DNA from: Clostridia bacterium
GTDB taxonomy: Bacteria > Bacillota > Clostridia > Christensenellales > CAG-138
Reading direction: 5' to 3'
DNA: 64,000 nucleotides
Assembly: GCA_036652795.1 (NCBI GenBank)
Contig: JAVVVD010000004.1
Span: forward strand, 114,603 to 178,602
In this document: positions 1 to 9,346 of the stretch, in pieces
Layout of the letters: each line of letters starts with the position of its first letter
Position numbering within the stretch: position 1 is the first letter of the stretch
The notes under the pieces: generated by a model
What the model was told of the DNA's origin: nothing
The model's input: only the letters and a program-made list of their open reading frames with translations
Database searches by the model: none
Translations under genes and position numbers: made by a program

Positions 1-1
1 T

Positions 2-673
2 GCACTGTTCGTATTATCCGGGTTATATAAGGGATTTTTATCAACGGTGCTCTCAATCGGCGCTTTTATTGTGAGCGGCATATTCAGCATGATCTTCATG
101 CCGTTGGCCTCAGCTGGTGTTGTGGCGAACGAATCGTTGTACAACATGATGCTCTATTACACTGAGGGCGGCGAATATATAGGCAACGTTGAGCTTTCGC
201 GCACAAACATATCGACCATCAGCGCAGAGCAGTTAAAGCAGATAATCACTGACTCAAATCTGCCCTACCCCATGGGTAAGGAGATAACCCGCAACATTGC
301 CAAGGAGACGTTTGCCTCCCAAAATGTAACTACGCTTGGCGAGTATTTCAACCAAACAATAGTATGCGTATTCATAAATATATTGATGTTCCTTTTGATC
401 TTTGTTATACTTCGGCTTATTATTGGCTTCATAATAAATGGCATGGACTTTGCCCTAAAGTTCCCGGTTCTGCGCCGCGGCGATGCTTTGCTTGGAATGG
501 GCGCCGGGGTGTTGCGCGGTATGTTGGCATTGTTTTTGATTTTCATGCTGCTACCTATATTGCTCACAGTGTTGGGTCAGTTTGATTTAATAACAAACCT
601 TGTGGATGGATCGTTCTTTGCGTCCTTCTTCTATAAATCCAACTTTCTGCTCAGCATGATGCCTGGTACATAA
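2..673 (+). CDS. CvpA-family integral membrane protein, 5' end cut by window edge
   Basis: The reading frame stays open back to nt 2 (ALFVLSGLYKGFLSTVLSIGAF...). The protein has several hydrophobic helices. The N-terminal KGF..S....G block resembles CvpA/colicin V production proteins. Family call is from memory only. Confidence 0.5.
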   Translation, partial: ALFVLSGLYKGFLSTVLSIGAFIVSGIFSMIFMPLASAGVVANESLYNMMLYYTEGGEYIGNVELSRTNISTISAEQLKQIITDSNLPYPMGKEITRNIAKETFASQNVTTLGEYFNQTIVCVFINILMFLLIFVILRLIIGFIINGMDFALKFPVLRRGDALLGMGAGVLRGMLALFLIFMLLPILLTVLGQFDLITNLVDGSFFASFFYKSNFLLSMMPGT

Positions 674-702
674 GTTGAATCAAGTTAAGGACGGTTATAA
701 AT

Positions 703-1749
703 TTGGATAAAAAGAGTTTGTTAAAAAAAATATTGGTAGTAGTGCTCTCCCTCTGCGTTATCGCGGCTATTGCACTGCTTGACCCCAACGTAAGCGATAT
801 TGATATGGCCTTTGCGCAGGTACAGCCGCTATGGCTTATACTGGCGCTGTGCTCAATGATAGTTTCCTATATTGGCGATACGCTCATATACCATTCCATC
901 TGCAAGCTGATGAACGTGCGCCAGGGCTTTGCAGATAGTCTGTTGACAACTATGATAGGCTTTTTTTACAGCGCACTTACCCCGTTTCAATCCGGCGGTC
1001 AGCCCATGCAGATAATCCAGATGCGCAAACGCGGCATCCCTGTTGGCACCGGCACATCTGTGTTGTCCGTTAAGTTTCTGGCATGGCAGTTATCCATGAT
1101 GCTGCTGGCCACCGCAGGGCTGTTTTTCCTCGGCGATACTGTAATGGGTAACGGCGTAAGCGCGCGCACACTGCTGTATGTTGGGTATGGGCTTAACGCC
1201 CTGCTTATGCTGATAATACTGCTTGCCCTGATCCGCCCCGGGATGATACTCAAAGCGGGCGATGTTGTGCTTGCTTTTTTGCACCGCATAAAACTTATAC
1301 GCCACAGCGAAAAATATGAAAAACTGTGTGCCGGCTGGGAAAACACCATCTCCGATTATGGCCATGCAGTGGACTTTTTGTTGGAGAACAAGCTGCGCAT
1401 GATACCCATGCTGCTATTTGGCTTTCTTGAATCGTTTACCTATATGCTGGTAACCTATTGCATATATCGCGGCTTTGGTCTTTCGGGTTATCCACTCTAT
1501 CACGTGGTACTGCTTCAGGCTCTGCTAACAATCGCCGTTTCATTCGTGCCGCTACCCGGTGCATCCGTGGCCAGCGAAGGCGGCTTTTATCTGGTGTTCA
1601 GCCAGCTCTTTGGCATGACAATACGCTTTCCCGCCATGCTGCTATGGCGTGCGCTTACCTACTACCTCAGCATACTGCTTGGGCTTGGCGCCGTTATAAT
1701 CGATGGCTTCCGCAAAAACCCACCCCAAGCGCCCGAACAGGAGAATTGA
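703..1749 (+). CDS. Flippase-like / lysylphosphatidylglycerol-synthase TM-region family membrane protein (UPF0104)
   Basis: 348-aa polytopic ORF with a TTG start after AAGGA. It has a basic N-terminus (KKSLLKKIL) and the block GFFYSALTPFQSGGQPMQIIQM typical of this family. Confidence 0.7.
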   Translation: MDKKSLLKKILVVVLSLCVIAAIALLDPNVSDIDMAFAQVQPLWLILALCSMIVSYIGDTLIYHSICKLMNVRQGFADSLLTTMIGFFYSALTPFQSGGQPMQIIQMRKRGIPVGTGTSVLSVKFLAWQLSMMLLATAGLFFLGDTVMGNGVSARTLLYVGYGLNALLMLIILLALIRPGMILKAGDVVLAFLHRIKLIRHSEKYEKLCAGWENTISDYGHAVDFLLENKLRMIPMLLFGFLESFTYMLVTYCIYRGFGLSGYPLYHVVLLQALLTIAVSFVPLPGASVASEGGFYLVFSQLFGMTIRFPAMLLWRALTYYLSILLGLGAVIIDGFRKNPPQAPEQEN

Positions 1750-1750
1750 T

Positions 1751-2599
1751 ATGTATTTAGCCGATTCATGGCAGGATTACGAAATAATTGATGCTGGCAA
1801 CGGCACCAAGCACGAGCGCTGGGGTGATTTTACTCTGCTGCGCCCCGACCCGCAGGCCATATGGCCAATGGACGATGCACAGGATGTACACGCGCGCTAT
1901 ATCCGCTCTGCCACCGGCGGTGGACACTGGGAATACGAACGCACACTGCCCGAAAGCTGGATGATACGCTATGGCGACCTCACATTTATTGTGCGCCCCA
2001 CCGGCTTTAAGCATACCGGTCTTTTCCCCGAGCAGGCAGTAAACTGGGATTGGATGCGCTCACTTGCCAAAACCTCCGCTGCACCATTGCGTGTGCTTAA
2101 CCTTTTTGCATATACAGGCGGCGCCACCTGCGCGCTTGCCGCCTGTGGCGCAGAGGTAGTGCATGTGGATGCAGCAAAGGGTATGACGGCATGGGCGAAA
2201 AACAATCTTGCTGCCTGCGGGTTATCCTCTGCACCGGTGAGATTTATTGTGGATGACGCTATGAAATTTGTGATGCGCGAGCAGCGGCGCGGCCATCAAT
2301 ACGATGGAATACTTATGGATCCGCCAAGCTATGGTCGCGGCCCTGACGGCGAAATGTGGAAAATCGAGGACGATCTGTATCCGCTGGTGGCAGAATGTGC
2401 AAAGCTGCTAAGCCACAGTGCGCGATTTTTCCTTATAAACTCATACACTACCGGACTTGCCCCCACGGTGCTTTCCAATGTGCTAAAATGCGCCTTGCAA
2501 GGGCGATACGGCAACATTGAATCCGGCGAAGTTGGACTGCCTGTTTCACGCGATGCGTTGATACTTCCATGCGGTGCAAGTGGCAGATGGTGGGTATAA
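1751..2599 (+). CDS. Class I SAM-dependent methyltransferase (RlmI/PF10672-like, probable rRNA methyltransferase)
   Basis: I place the start at the internal ATG (MYLADSWQDYEIID) of track ORF 1703-2599. SAM motif I is LNLFAYTGGATCALAACGA and motif IV is ILMDPPSYGRG. Confidence 0.7.
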   Translation: MYLADSWQDYEIIDAGNGTKHERWGDFTLLRPDPQAIWPMDDAQDVHARYIRSATGGGHWEYERTLPESWMIRYGDLTFIVRPTGFKHTGLFPEQAVNWDWMRSLAKTSAAPLRVLNLFAYTGGATCALAACGAEVVHVDAAKGMTAWAKNNLAACGLSSAPVRFIVDDAMKFVMREQRRGHQYDGILMDPPSYGRGPDGEMWKIEDDLYPLVAECAKLLSHSARFFLINSYTTGLAPTVLSNVLKCALQGRYGNIESGEVGLPVSRDALILPCGASGRWWV

Positions 2600-3920
2600 G
2601 GTGAATATACTGTATGAGGATAACCATATAATCGTTGCGGTAAAACCGCCAAATCTGCCCGTTCAGGCGGATGAAAGCGGTGATAGCGACATGCTCAGCG
2701 AGCTTAAGGCCTATATAAAAACAAAATATAATAAGCCGGGTGAAGTATACCTTGGGCTTGTGCACAGACTTGATCGTCCTGTTGGTGGCGTTATTGTGTT
2801 TGCACGAACCAGCAAGGCTGCAAGCCGGCTGTCGGCTCAGTTTAAGGGACGCGGCACAAGAAAAAAATATGCGGCTGTGGTATGTGGTGAAGCGCCTGCG
2901 AGCGCTGAGCTTTACGATATGCTGCTGCGCGATGAGTGCACGGGCAGCGTAAGCGTTGCCGGCGATGAAACCCCTGATGCAAAGGCTGCAAAGCTAAGCT
3001 ACCGCAAGATTGCCTATGCCGGCGGACTTTCGCTGTTGGATATCGCGCTGCATACCGGCCGCCATCACCAGATACGCGTGCAGCTTGCCTCACGCAACCT
3101 GCCTATATGGGGTGATGCGCGCTACAACGCCAGCGCAACACCTGGCCAGCAGATAGCGCTGTGGGCATATTCGTTAAGCTTTGAGCATCCAACGCTGCAT
3201 GAGGTGATGACCTTCACCTCGCTTCCATATGGCGGAATATGGCAAAATTTTACGAATCAGCTTGCCGCCATGCAGCTGGGGCTTGACATCGTTTATTTAG
3301 ATGATAATATCGTTGTGGTCAATAAGCAGGCAAACCTCGCGGTGACTGATGCCGATGGCGAACCCGATACGCTGCAACTGCGCTTAGCGGGCCTTATCGG
3401 CCCTGTGTTCCCTGTTCATCGGTTGGATCGAAACACCACAGGGCTTGTGATGTTTGCTCGCAATACCGCTGCACAGGATGCGCTAAGTGTGGCAATACGC
3501 AGCCGCAGCATAAGCAAATTCTATCGCTGCCTCGTCAAGGGTGTTCCGCAGCCAAGCAGTGGTGTGCTTACCGCCTATGGTGTTAAGGATGACATCAAAG
3601 CGTATCTCTACGTATATGACGCGCCGCGCCCAGGCGCCAAGGAGCTTGTTACCGGCTATAGGGTGATAGAGACGCGCACCGATACCTCGCTGCTTGAGGT
3701 TGAATTGATTACAGGGCGCACTCACCAGATACGCGCGCACATGGCGTATATTGGGCACCCCTTGCTTGGCGACGACAAGTATGGCGATCGCGAGTTTAAC
3801 CGCGCGCATAAGCGGCAGCTTATTGCGCTGTGTGCAATAAGGTTGGAAATGCATTTTGCGGACGGTCCGCTTGCGTATCTCAACGGTAAAATACTGGAAA
3901 TTACGCCTGATAATATGTAG
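2574..3920 (+). CDS. RluA-family pseudouridine synthase with two tandem catalytic cores in one ORF
   Basis: Core 1 carries NILYEDNHIIVAVKP, HRLDRPVGGVIVFARTSKAA and GRHHQIRVQLA. Core 2 carries IVYLDDNIVVVNKQ, HRLDRNTTGLVMFARN and GRTHQIRAHMAYIGHPLLGDDKYG. An alternative GTG start at 2601 would avoid the overlap with the upstream gene. Confidence 0.8.
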   Translation: MQVADGGYKVNILYEDNHIIVAVKPPNLPVQADESGDSDMLSELKAYIKTKYNKPGEVYLGLVHRLDRPVGGVIVFARTSKAASRLSAQFKGRGTRKKYAAVVCGEAPASAELYDMLLRDECTGSVSVAGDETPDAKAAKLSYRKIAYAGGLSLLDIALHTGRHHQIRVQLASRNLPIWGDARYNASATPGQQIALWAYSLSFEHPTLHEVMTFTSLPYGGIWQNFTNQLAAMQLGLDIVYLDDNIVVVNKQANLAVTDADGEPDTLQLRLAGLIGPVFPVHRLDRNTTGLVMFARNTAAQDALSVAIRSRSISKFYRCLVKGVPQPSSGVLTAYGVKDDIKAYLYVYDAPRPGAKELVTGYRVIETRTDTSLLEVELITGRTHQIRAHMAYIGHPLLGDDKYGDREFNRAHKRQLIALCAIRLEMHFADGPLAYLNGKILEITPDNM

Positions 3921-3937
3921 GTAGCGAGGTAAAAACC

Positions 3938-4600
3938 ATGAAGGAATTTAGCGCGTTTGATATAGTTGGCCCGCGCATGATAGGGCCGTCAAGTTCCCAC
4001 ACTGCTGGAGCGGCACGGCTTGCGTATATGGCGTGGAAAATAGCCGGGCGCGATGTTGCCTCCGCAGAGCTTACGCTGTATGGCTCATTTGCGGACACAG
4101 GACGCGGCCACGGTACCGACAAGGCCTTGGTTGCCGGCATACTCGGCATGGACCCTGATGATGAGCGCCTGCGTTATTCCATGCTGCTGGCGCAAGAAGC
4201 GGACATCAACGTATCCGTTAATTTTTCCGATGAACCGGTTACACACCCAAATACCGCGCGCATATGCATTACGGATTCAAAGGGAATTGTCACTGACATC
4301 ACCGGCACATCGATAGGCGGCGGAAATATACTTATTACGTCCATAAACGGCATGGACGTTGAATTTTCAGGCGATTATCCCACGCTGATAATCCGCCACA
4401 GCGATGTTCCTGGCGTTATAAACTCCGTTACCGGCATACTCGCTAAGGAACAAATAAACGTTGCCTTTATGCGCGTATTTCGCAATGGACGCAGCCGGGA
4501 TGCATATATGGTAATAGAGACAGATTCGCCTATACCCGAGCGCACGCGCCAGCTTATACTGGACTGGTGCCCTGAAATAACGGAGGTACGTATTGTATGA
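3938..4600 (+). CDS. sdaAB: L-serine dehydratase (iron-sulfur dependent), beta subunit
   Basis: N-terminus FDIVGPRMIGPSSSHTAGAARLA, a C-terminal ACT-like domain and a GAGGT RBS. The stop overlaps the alpha-subunit start. Confidence 0.9.
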   Translation: MKEFSAFDIVGPRMIGPSSSHTAGAARLAYMAWKIAGRDVASAELTLYGSFADTGRGHGTDKALVAGILGMDPDDERLRYSMLLAQEADINVSVNFSDEPVTHPNTARICITDSKGIVTDITGTSIGGGNILITSINGMDVEFSGDYPTLIIRHSDVPGVINSVTGILAKEQINVAFMRVFRNGRSRDAYMVIETDSPIPERTRQLILDWCPEITEVRIV

Positions 4601-5490
4601 GCTTTGATTTTTTTAGCGGTGAAGCGCTGCTCTCGCTGTGCAAACAGCATGATATGACTATATCCCAGGTGATGATACAGCGCGAGCTTCAGATTGGAAA
4701 TCTTAGCGTATGCGCACTGCGTGAGGAAATGGCCCAAAACCTGGCCGTTATGCGCGCTTCAATAGAAAAAGGGCTGGCTCAGGATCAATGCTCTGTTACC
4801 GGCTTAACTGGCGGCGATGCCGAAAAGCTTAATGATTATGCTGCAAAGGCGCATATGGGTTCGCGCATGGCGCGCGTTGTAGCTGCGAGCATGGCGGTTG
4901 TTGAGGTAAATGCGGGAATGGGCCGAATAGTGGCCGCGCCTACGGCGGGCGCCTCAGGCATATTGCCGGGCGCACTGATAGTTTGCGGCGAAGAGTGCGG
5001 CTGGAGTGATGATCAACTTATAGACGGACTATTCACCGCCGCGGCAGTTGGCGCTTTGATAGCCCGCAACGCCACCATATCCGGCGCGGAGGGTGGCTGT
5101 CAGGCGGAAACCGGCACGGCGGCGGCAATGGCGGCGGCAGCAATTGTGGAGCTTTCAGGCGGTAAGCCACCAATTGCGCTGCATGCGGCTGCAATCACCC
5201 TTAAAAATGTGATGGGGTTGGTATGTGACCCTGTGGCAGGCCTTGTTGAATGCCCTTGCATAAAGCGCAATGCGCTTGGCGCTGTGAACGCTGTGCTGTG
5301 CGCCGACATGGCGCTTGCCGGAATATCCAGCATGATTCCATTTGACGAGGTGGTAATGGCCATGAAGAGCGTTGGCCGTCTAATGAGTCCGGACCTGCGT
5401 GAGACCGCCAAGGGTGGCCTTGCATCCACGCCCACAGGCAAGGCTATGGCTCGGCGGCTTGGGTTGGGACTTTACGCCAAAGAGGATTAG
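4597..5490 (+). CDS. sdaAA: L-serine dehydratase (iron-sulfur dependent), alpha subunit
   Basis: Contains GGCQAETGTAAAMAAAA and LVCDPVAGLVECPCIKRNA (Fe-S cysteines). It is translationally coupled (ATGA) to sdaAB. Confidence 0.9.
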   Translation: MSFDFFSGEALLSLCKQHDMTISQVMIQRELQIGNLSVCALREEMAQNLAVMRASIEKGLAQDQCSVTGLTGGDAEKLNDYAAKAHMGSRMARVVAASMAVVEVNAGMGRIVAAPTAGASGILPGALIVCGEECGWSDDQLIDGLFTAAAVGALIARNATISGAEGGCQAETGTAAAMAAAAIVELSGGKPPIALHAAAITLKNVMGLVCDPVAGLVECPCIKRNALGAVNAVLCADMALAGISSMIPFDEVVMAMKSVGRLMSPDLRETAKGGLASTPTGKAMARRLGLGLYAKED

Positions 5491-5507
5491 TATAGCGCAT
5501 AATGCAC

Positions 5508-5536
5508 CAAGCGGCGGCCAATTTGGCCGCCGCTTG
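5508..5536. terminator. GC-rich palindromic hairpin between convergent sdaAA and murA
   Basis: Perfect palindrome caaGCGGCGGCCAATTTGGCCGCCGCttg. The flanking U-tracts are weak. Confidence 0.45.
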
Positions 5537-5564
5537 CTATTATCTATAATGTAAGGCTAATTAT

Positions 5565-6833
5565 CTAGTCCTCTACGCGGCGGATATCCGCGCCTATAGC
5601 CCGCAGCTTTTGCTCGAAATACTCGTAGCCGCGATCGATATAGTGGATATTATGCACGCGGCTCTCACCCTCGCCCATCAGCGCTGCAATTATAAGCGCC
5701 GCGCCCGCCCGCAGATCCGTTGCATACAAATCGGCGCCAAATAGCTGTTTTTCGCCCTCTATCAGCGCTGTACGCGCACTAAGCGTAATGTTTGCGCCCA
5801 TACGTGCAAGCTCCGCAACGTGGTTAAACCTGTCTTCAAATATATTTTCCACAATGAAGCTGTTTCCGCTTGCAGTGGACAGCAGCGCCATCATCGGCTG
5901 TTGCAGATCCGTAGGAAAGCCTGGGTACGGCAGCGTTTTTATATTTACCCCGCGCGGGCGGCCTTGCGCCGTCACACGGATGAAAAACTCGCGTCCATCA
6001 TCGCCCTCTATCACCTTAATGCCGCACTCCATCAGCTTTGCCGATATCGCCTCAAGGTGTGTTGGAATCACATTGTTTATCACCACATCGCCGCCTGTTG
6101 CGGCAGCGGCTATCATAAACGTACCCGCCTCTATCTGATCCGGTATTATAGCGTACGTGCAGCCATGCATCTTGCGCCCGCCCATTACCCTGATAACATC
6201 CGTGCCAGCCCCTTTGACGGAAGCACCCATCATATTGAGGAAGTTGGCCACATCAACAACATGCGGCTCCTTAGCCGCGTTGTTGATTATCGTTATCCCT
6301 TGGGCGCCCACGGCGGCAAGCATTATATTGATTGTTGCTCCAACGCTTACCACATCCAGATATATCTCAGCGCCAACCAGCTTATCCGCGTGTGCATGTA
6401 CAATGCCGCCCTTGATTATTACCTCGGCGCCAAGTGCGCGCATACCCTTGATATGCTGATCTATCGGCCGCTGGCCTATCGAGCAACCGCCCGGCAGGGC
6501 TATTTCCGCATGTTTATAGCGTCCAAGCAGTGCGCCAAGCAGATAGTAGGACGCACGCAGCGAGCTTACCATATCAAACGTAACGTTAAATTCATTTATT
6601 TTACTCGGGTCTATGCGCATACCGCCGTCAGGTGTAAAATCCACCTCGGCGCCCATCCTAAGCAGTATCTGCTCAAGCATACGCACATCCTCTATAGCAG
6701 GCAGATTTTCAAGTCGGCAGCTCTCGCCTGCAAGTATTGCAGCCGGGATTATCGCAAGCGCGGCATTTTTTGCGCCGCTTATTGTTACTACTCCCTCCAA
6801 ACGGTTTCCGCCGCCTATAACATAATGCGCCAT
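5565..6833 (-). CDS. murA: UDP-N-acetylglucosamine 1-carboxyvinyltransferase
   Basis: 422 aa with N-terminus VIGGGNRLEGVVTISGAKNAALAIIPAAILA and the Cys loop LPGGCSIGQRPID. AGGAGA RBS. Confidence 0.95.
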   Translation of the reverse strand: MAHYVIGGGNRLEGVVTISGAKNAALAIIPAAILAGESCRLENLPAIEDVRMLEQILLRMGAEVDFTPDGGMRIDPSKINEFNVTFDMVSSLRASYYLLGALLGRYKHAEIALPGGCSIGQRPIDQHIKGMRALGAEVIIKGGIVHAHADKLVGAEIYLDVVSVGATINIMLAAVGAQGITIINNAAKEPHVVDVANFLNMMGASVKGAGTDVIRVMGGRKMHGCTYAIIPDQIEAGTFMIAAAATGGDVVINNVIPTHLEAISAKLMECGIKVIEGDDGREFFIRVTAQGRPRGVNIKTLPYPGFPTDLQQPMMALLSTASGNSFIVENIFEDRFNHVAELARMGANITLSARTALIEGEKQLFGADLYATDLRAGAALIIAALMGEGESRVHNIHYIDRGYEYFEQKLRAIGADIRRVED

Positions 6834-6856
6834 CGATCTCTCCTATGGTTGTATTA

Positions 6857-7051
6857 TCAGTGGTTGCATCCTCCGCAGCAGGAGCAATTCCCGCCACAGC
6901 CCGAATTTCCTGAGCAAGCGCATTTGCCCTCGTAGGCACGCTCCGCTTTCTCACCGCAATCGGGACAGCGCTGACTTTCAACATCCGAAAGCCGCACCAG
7001 TTCATCAAACACCTTGCCGCATGCCTTGCAGCGGAATTTCAATAACGGCAT
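6857..7051 (-). CDS. FmdB-family zinc-ribbon protein with Cys/Gly-rich tail
   Basis: FRCKACGKVFDE...CPDCGE (two CxxC pairs) followed by CACSGNSGCGGNCSCCGGCNH. GAGGTGA RBS. Confidence 0.75.
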   Translation of the reverse strand: MPLLKFRCKACGKVFDELVRLSDVESQRCPDCGEKAERAYEGKCACSGNSGCGGNCSCCGGCNH

Positions 7052-7141
7052 ATTATCACCTCGTACAAACCGTATACTGTATGTTCAGTCCTGCTATTTT
7101 ATCATCAACACGCATGTTTGTACAGCCGCAACATGCTACGC

Positions 7142-8335
7142 TCATCCAAGGTAGTAGCGTGGGTTGTAGGCCACCGAGTCTATACGCAGCTCCAAGTGCA
7201 GATGCGCCCCTTCAGCATTGCCGCTGCTCCCAGCTTTGGCGATACCCTCGCCGGCAGCTACCTGCTGCCCCAGCTTCACCATCGATTCAGACAGATGCGC
7301 ATAGCGTGTGGTGAATCCGTTGCCATGATCCAATTCTATTATCAGCCCGTAGCCGCCACGCTCCATCACGCTCACCACGCTGCCCGCCGCACAAGCCACA
7401 ACTACTGTGCCTTCATCTGTTTTATAATCCAATCCCAGATGCATGATTCCCTTTCGCTGCCCAAAATTGCTTATTATTTGCGCATCACAAGGCGGCATAA
7501 AGGATATATCCGTGTCCTTACCCTTTTCACCCTGTTTTTTATCCGGTATCGTATTTGTGACCTTTTGCGCGCCTACCCTAACAACCGCATCCGTAGGCTC
7601 AAGCAGTACAACAGGATCGACTGCCTTATCTGATTTAAGCACACCATTTTTATATGTGCGCTCATTGACTCTTATGCGCTCCCCCTCACGGCCAAGGGAT
7701 TCCACTATTTTTGTTCCGACAACAAGTGTTTTATCATTACGTTTTATGCTCTTATACGCTATGGGCTCGCTGCTGTTTGTGCGCACAGTACATACCACCT
7801 CAATTGGTGTATTGCGCGCTGTAAGCTGCGCAAACAGCTCGTCCGCAGGCATTGCTTGAGCCCCTTCCTGCGCTTGTGCAAGTGTAACCTCACCGCCAAA
7901 TGTTATCTCGCGCTCGCCCTTATCTGTTATGCCGGTGGTGTAATGCTCAGTAATGTCCCGCAACAGATCCTCCGCCGCCTCGTGGCTGGCCAGCACGCCT
8001 ACTATGTTTCCATTGATGATTATGGCGGTTTTAACATATGCAATTGCAGGCGCGGGTGATTCGATGGGCTCAGGCAGGGACGGCTGCTGCGGCACATCCT
8101 GTGCCGCAGCCTGCACAGCCGCAGGCTGTGCGGCAAGCGCCGCTTGCGGCGCGGCAGCCGCCCGCGCCTGGCTCACGCACAGCGCCACTACGCCGATTCC
8201 TATCAGCACCCCAAAAAAACCGGCCATGACGCATGCTTCAAATCCCGGCTTTCGTTTATGGAGCTGCTCGTTTTCATCTATATTATCCTGGTATTCCGGT
8301 GTATAGTTATTATCCATTTTCACATTATAATGCAA
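7142..8335 (-). CDS. Membrane-anchored M23 (LytM-type) peptidoglycan metalloendopeptidase with G5-like domain
   Basis: One TM helix, an Ala/Gln-rich linker and a G5-like segment (RNDKTLVVGTKIVESLGREGERIRV). M23 motifs are HLGLDY, GYGLIIELDHGNGFTTRYAHL and GAHLHLELR. The track start is TTG at 8335; an ATG at 8317 (MDNNYTPE) is an alternative. Confidence 0.85.
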   Translation of the reverse strand: MHYNVKMDNNYTPEYQDNIDENEQLHKRKPGFEACVMAGFFGVLIGIGVVALCVSQARAAAAPQAALAAQPAAVQAAAQDVPQQPSLPEPIESPAPAIAYVKTAIIINGNIVGVLASHEAAEDLLRDITEHYTTGITDKGEREITFGGEVTLAQAQEGAQAMPADELFAQLTARNTPIEVVCTVRTNSSEPIAYKSIKRNDKTLVVGTKIVESLGREGERIRVNERTYKNGVLKSDKAVDPVVLLEPTDAVVRVGAQKVTNTIPDKKQGEKGKDTDISFMPPCDAQIISNFGQRKGIMHLGLDYKTDEGTVVVACAAGSVVSVMERGGYGLIIELDHGNGFTTRYAHLSESMVKLGQQVAAGEGIAKAGSSGNAEGAHLHLELRIDSVAYNPRYYLG

Positions 8336-8355
8336 AACATATCATGCTTCAACTT

Positions 8356-8389
8356 AAAACGCCATCCAAATAAATTGGATGGCGTTTTT
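8356..8389 (-). terminator. Rho-independent terminator after thiT
   Basis: AAAACGCCATCC-loop-GGATGGCGTTTT, a 12-bp stem with A/T tracts on both sides. Confidence 0.6.
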
Positions 8390-8402
8390 ATTCGTATTAT
8401 CC

Positions 8403-9077
8403 TTAAGCAGCCTTTGGCTTAAGTCTTTCAAACAGCTTTGCCATTGGAGGCAGCAGTGCCACAACCACGCATATAATAGTATCTATGCCGATTGTGCTTG
8501 CATTATATAGCAGCGAATAGCCAACTACGCTGCTATACCCTGCGTCAGCCGCGCTGGATGCAAAGAACACGATTCCTGATATCGTGGATACCAGCATACG
8601 CGAAATACCCGCCACCGCAACGCCAAGCGGCAGTTTTTTGGGGAAGAAGGCCGCAAGTCCAAAGCAGCTGAAAGCAACAAAATAGTCAAGTATGAATTGC
8701 GCCCAATGCACTATCCATGCGCCCTGTATCACCTGCAACACGCCGTAGGCGAGCGCGGCGATAAAGCCATTTTTAGGTCCATACCAGCAGGCATACATGG
8801 TTATAGGCAACATGCTGCACAGAGTAATGCTTCCGCCCAGCGGCATTGAAAACAGCTTGATATAGCTGAGCATAAAGGAAAGTGACACGCACAGCGCGCC
8901 TATCACCATCGTGTGAATACGGTTCTGCGCATTGATAGGTCCTTCTGTTTTCGCTTTCTTGCTATTGTATACCACAATCGCTACAACAATGGCCACCACT
9001 ATGACCACTGCGCAGATGAGCATTATAAGCTCTGTTGTCGCAAGCTCCGCCAGTTTTTCGAAGAGTACGAATTTCAT
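8403..9077 (-). CDS. thiT: Energy-coupled (ECF) thiamine transporter S-component ThiT, with an extra N-terminal hydrophobic helix
   Basis: Polytopic 224-aa protein directly downstream of a TPP riboswitch. AAAGGAG RBS. The family call relies mainly on the riboswitch context and the S-component-like TM pattern. Confidence 0.75.
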   Translation of the reverse strand: MKFVLFEKLAELATTELIMLICAVVIVVAIVVAIVVYNSKKAKTEGPINAQNRIHTMVIGALCVSLSFMLSYIKLFSMPLGGSITLCSMLPITMYACWYGPKNGFIAALAYGVLQVIQGAWIVHWAQFILDYFVAFSCFGLAAFFPKKLPLGVAVAGISRMLVSTISGIVFFASSAADAGYSSVVGYSLLYNASTIGIDTIICVVVALLPPMAKLFERLKPKAA

Positions 9078-9102
9078 TTTTAGGCTCCTTTAGTGTTTTT
9101 AA

Positions 9103-9235
9103 CAAAAAATCTTCGCTGCCTGATGGCTTGCGAAGATATAGAGCACATGATTTAAATCTTCACTTCCCTACGTCGGCATTATCCGTGTCAGGTCATAAGG
9201 GACTCTCTCAGCCACACCTTGTAGCACCCCCAGCA
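9103..9235 (-). promoter_or_regulatory. TPP (THI-box) riboswitch with terminator expression platform
   Basis: The minus strand reads GGGGTGCtacaaggtgtgGCTGAGAgagtCCCTTatGACCTGAcacGGATAATGCCgaCGTAGGGAAG, which matches the TPP aptamer core. It is followed by the hairpin ATCTTCGC...GCGAAGAT and TTTTTTG (9103-9137). Confidence 0.9.
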
Positions 9236-9346
9236 AAAATATTCTGTTGTATATGCATTATATCGCTTGTTTTTTTTGCTGTCAACATTGTGTTTTTTCG
9301 ATAAATGTACTATAATAACAAGTTGAATTTTATAAAAGAGGTATTT

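Noticed and set aside
6857-6925. A very Cys/Gly-rich C-terminal tail (CACSGNSGCGGNCSCCGGCNH) that could suggest a RiPP precursor or metallothionein-like peptide.
   Set aside because: The N-terminus is a standard FmdB-type zinc ribbon, and from memory Cys/Gly-rich tails are common in that family. There are no adjacent maturation genes (radical SAM, cyclodehydratase or transporter).
5820-6935. 371-aa plus-strand ORF antisense to murA. Similar long antisense ORFs occur at 54248-55459 (gyrA), 42548-43462 (proA), 16372-17124 and 16377-17099 (selD), 37362-38198 (rsmG/noc) and 12466-12954 (SDR).
   Set aside because: Each lies entirely opposite a gene with unmistakable conserved motifs. Their translations are Arg/Cys/His/Ser-rich low-complexity strings with no recognisable domains. 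Stop-free antisense frames like these are expected in GC-biased coding DNA.
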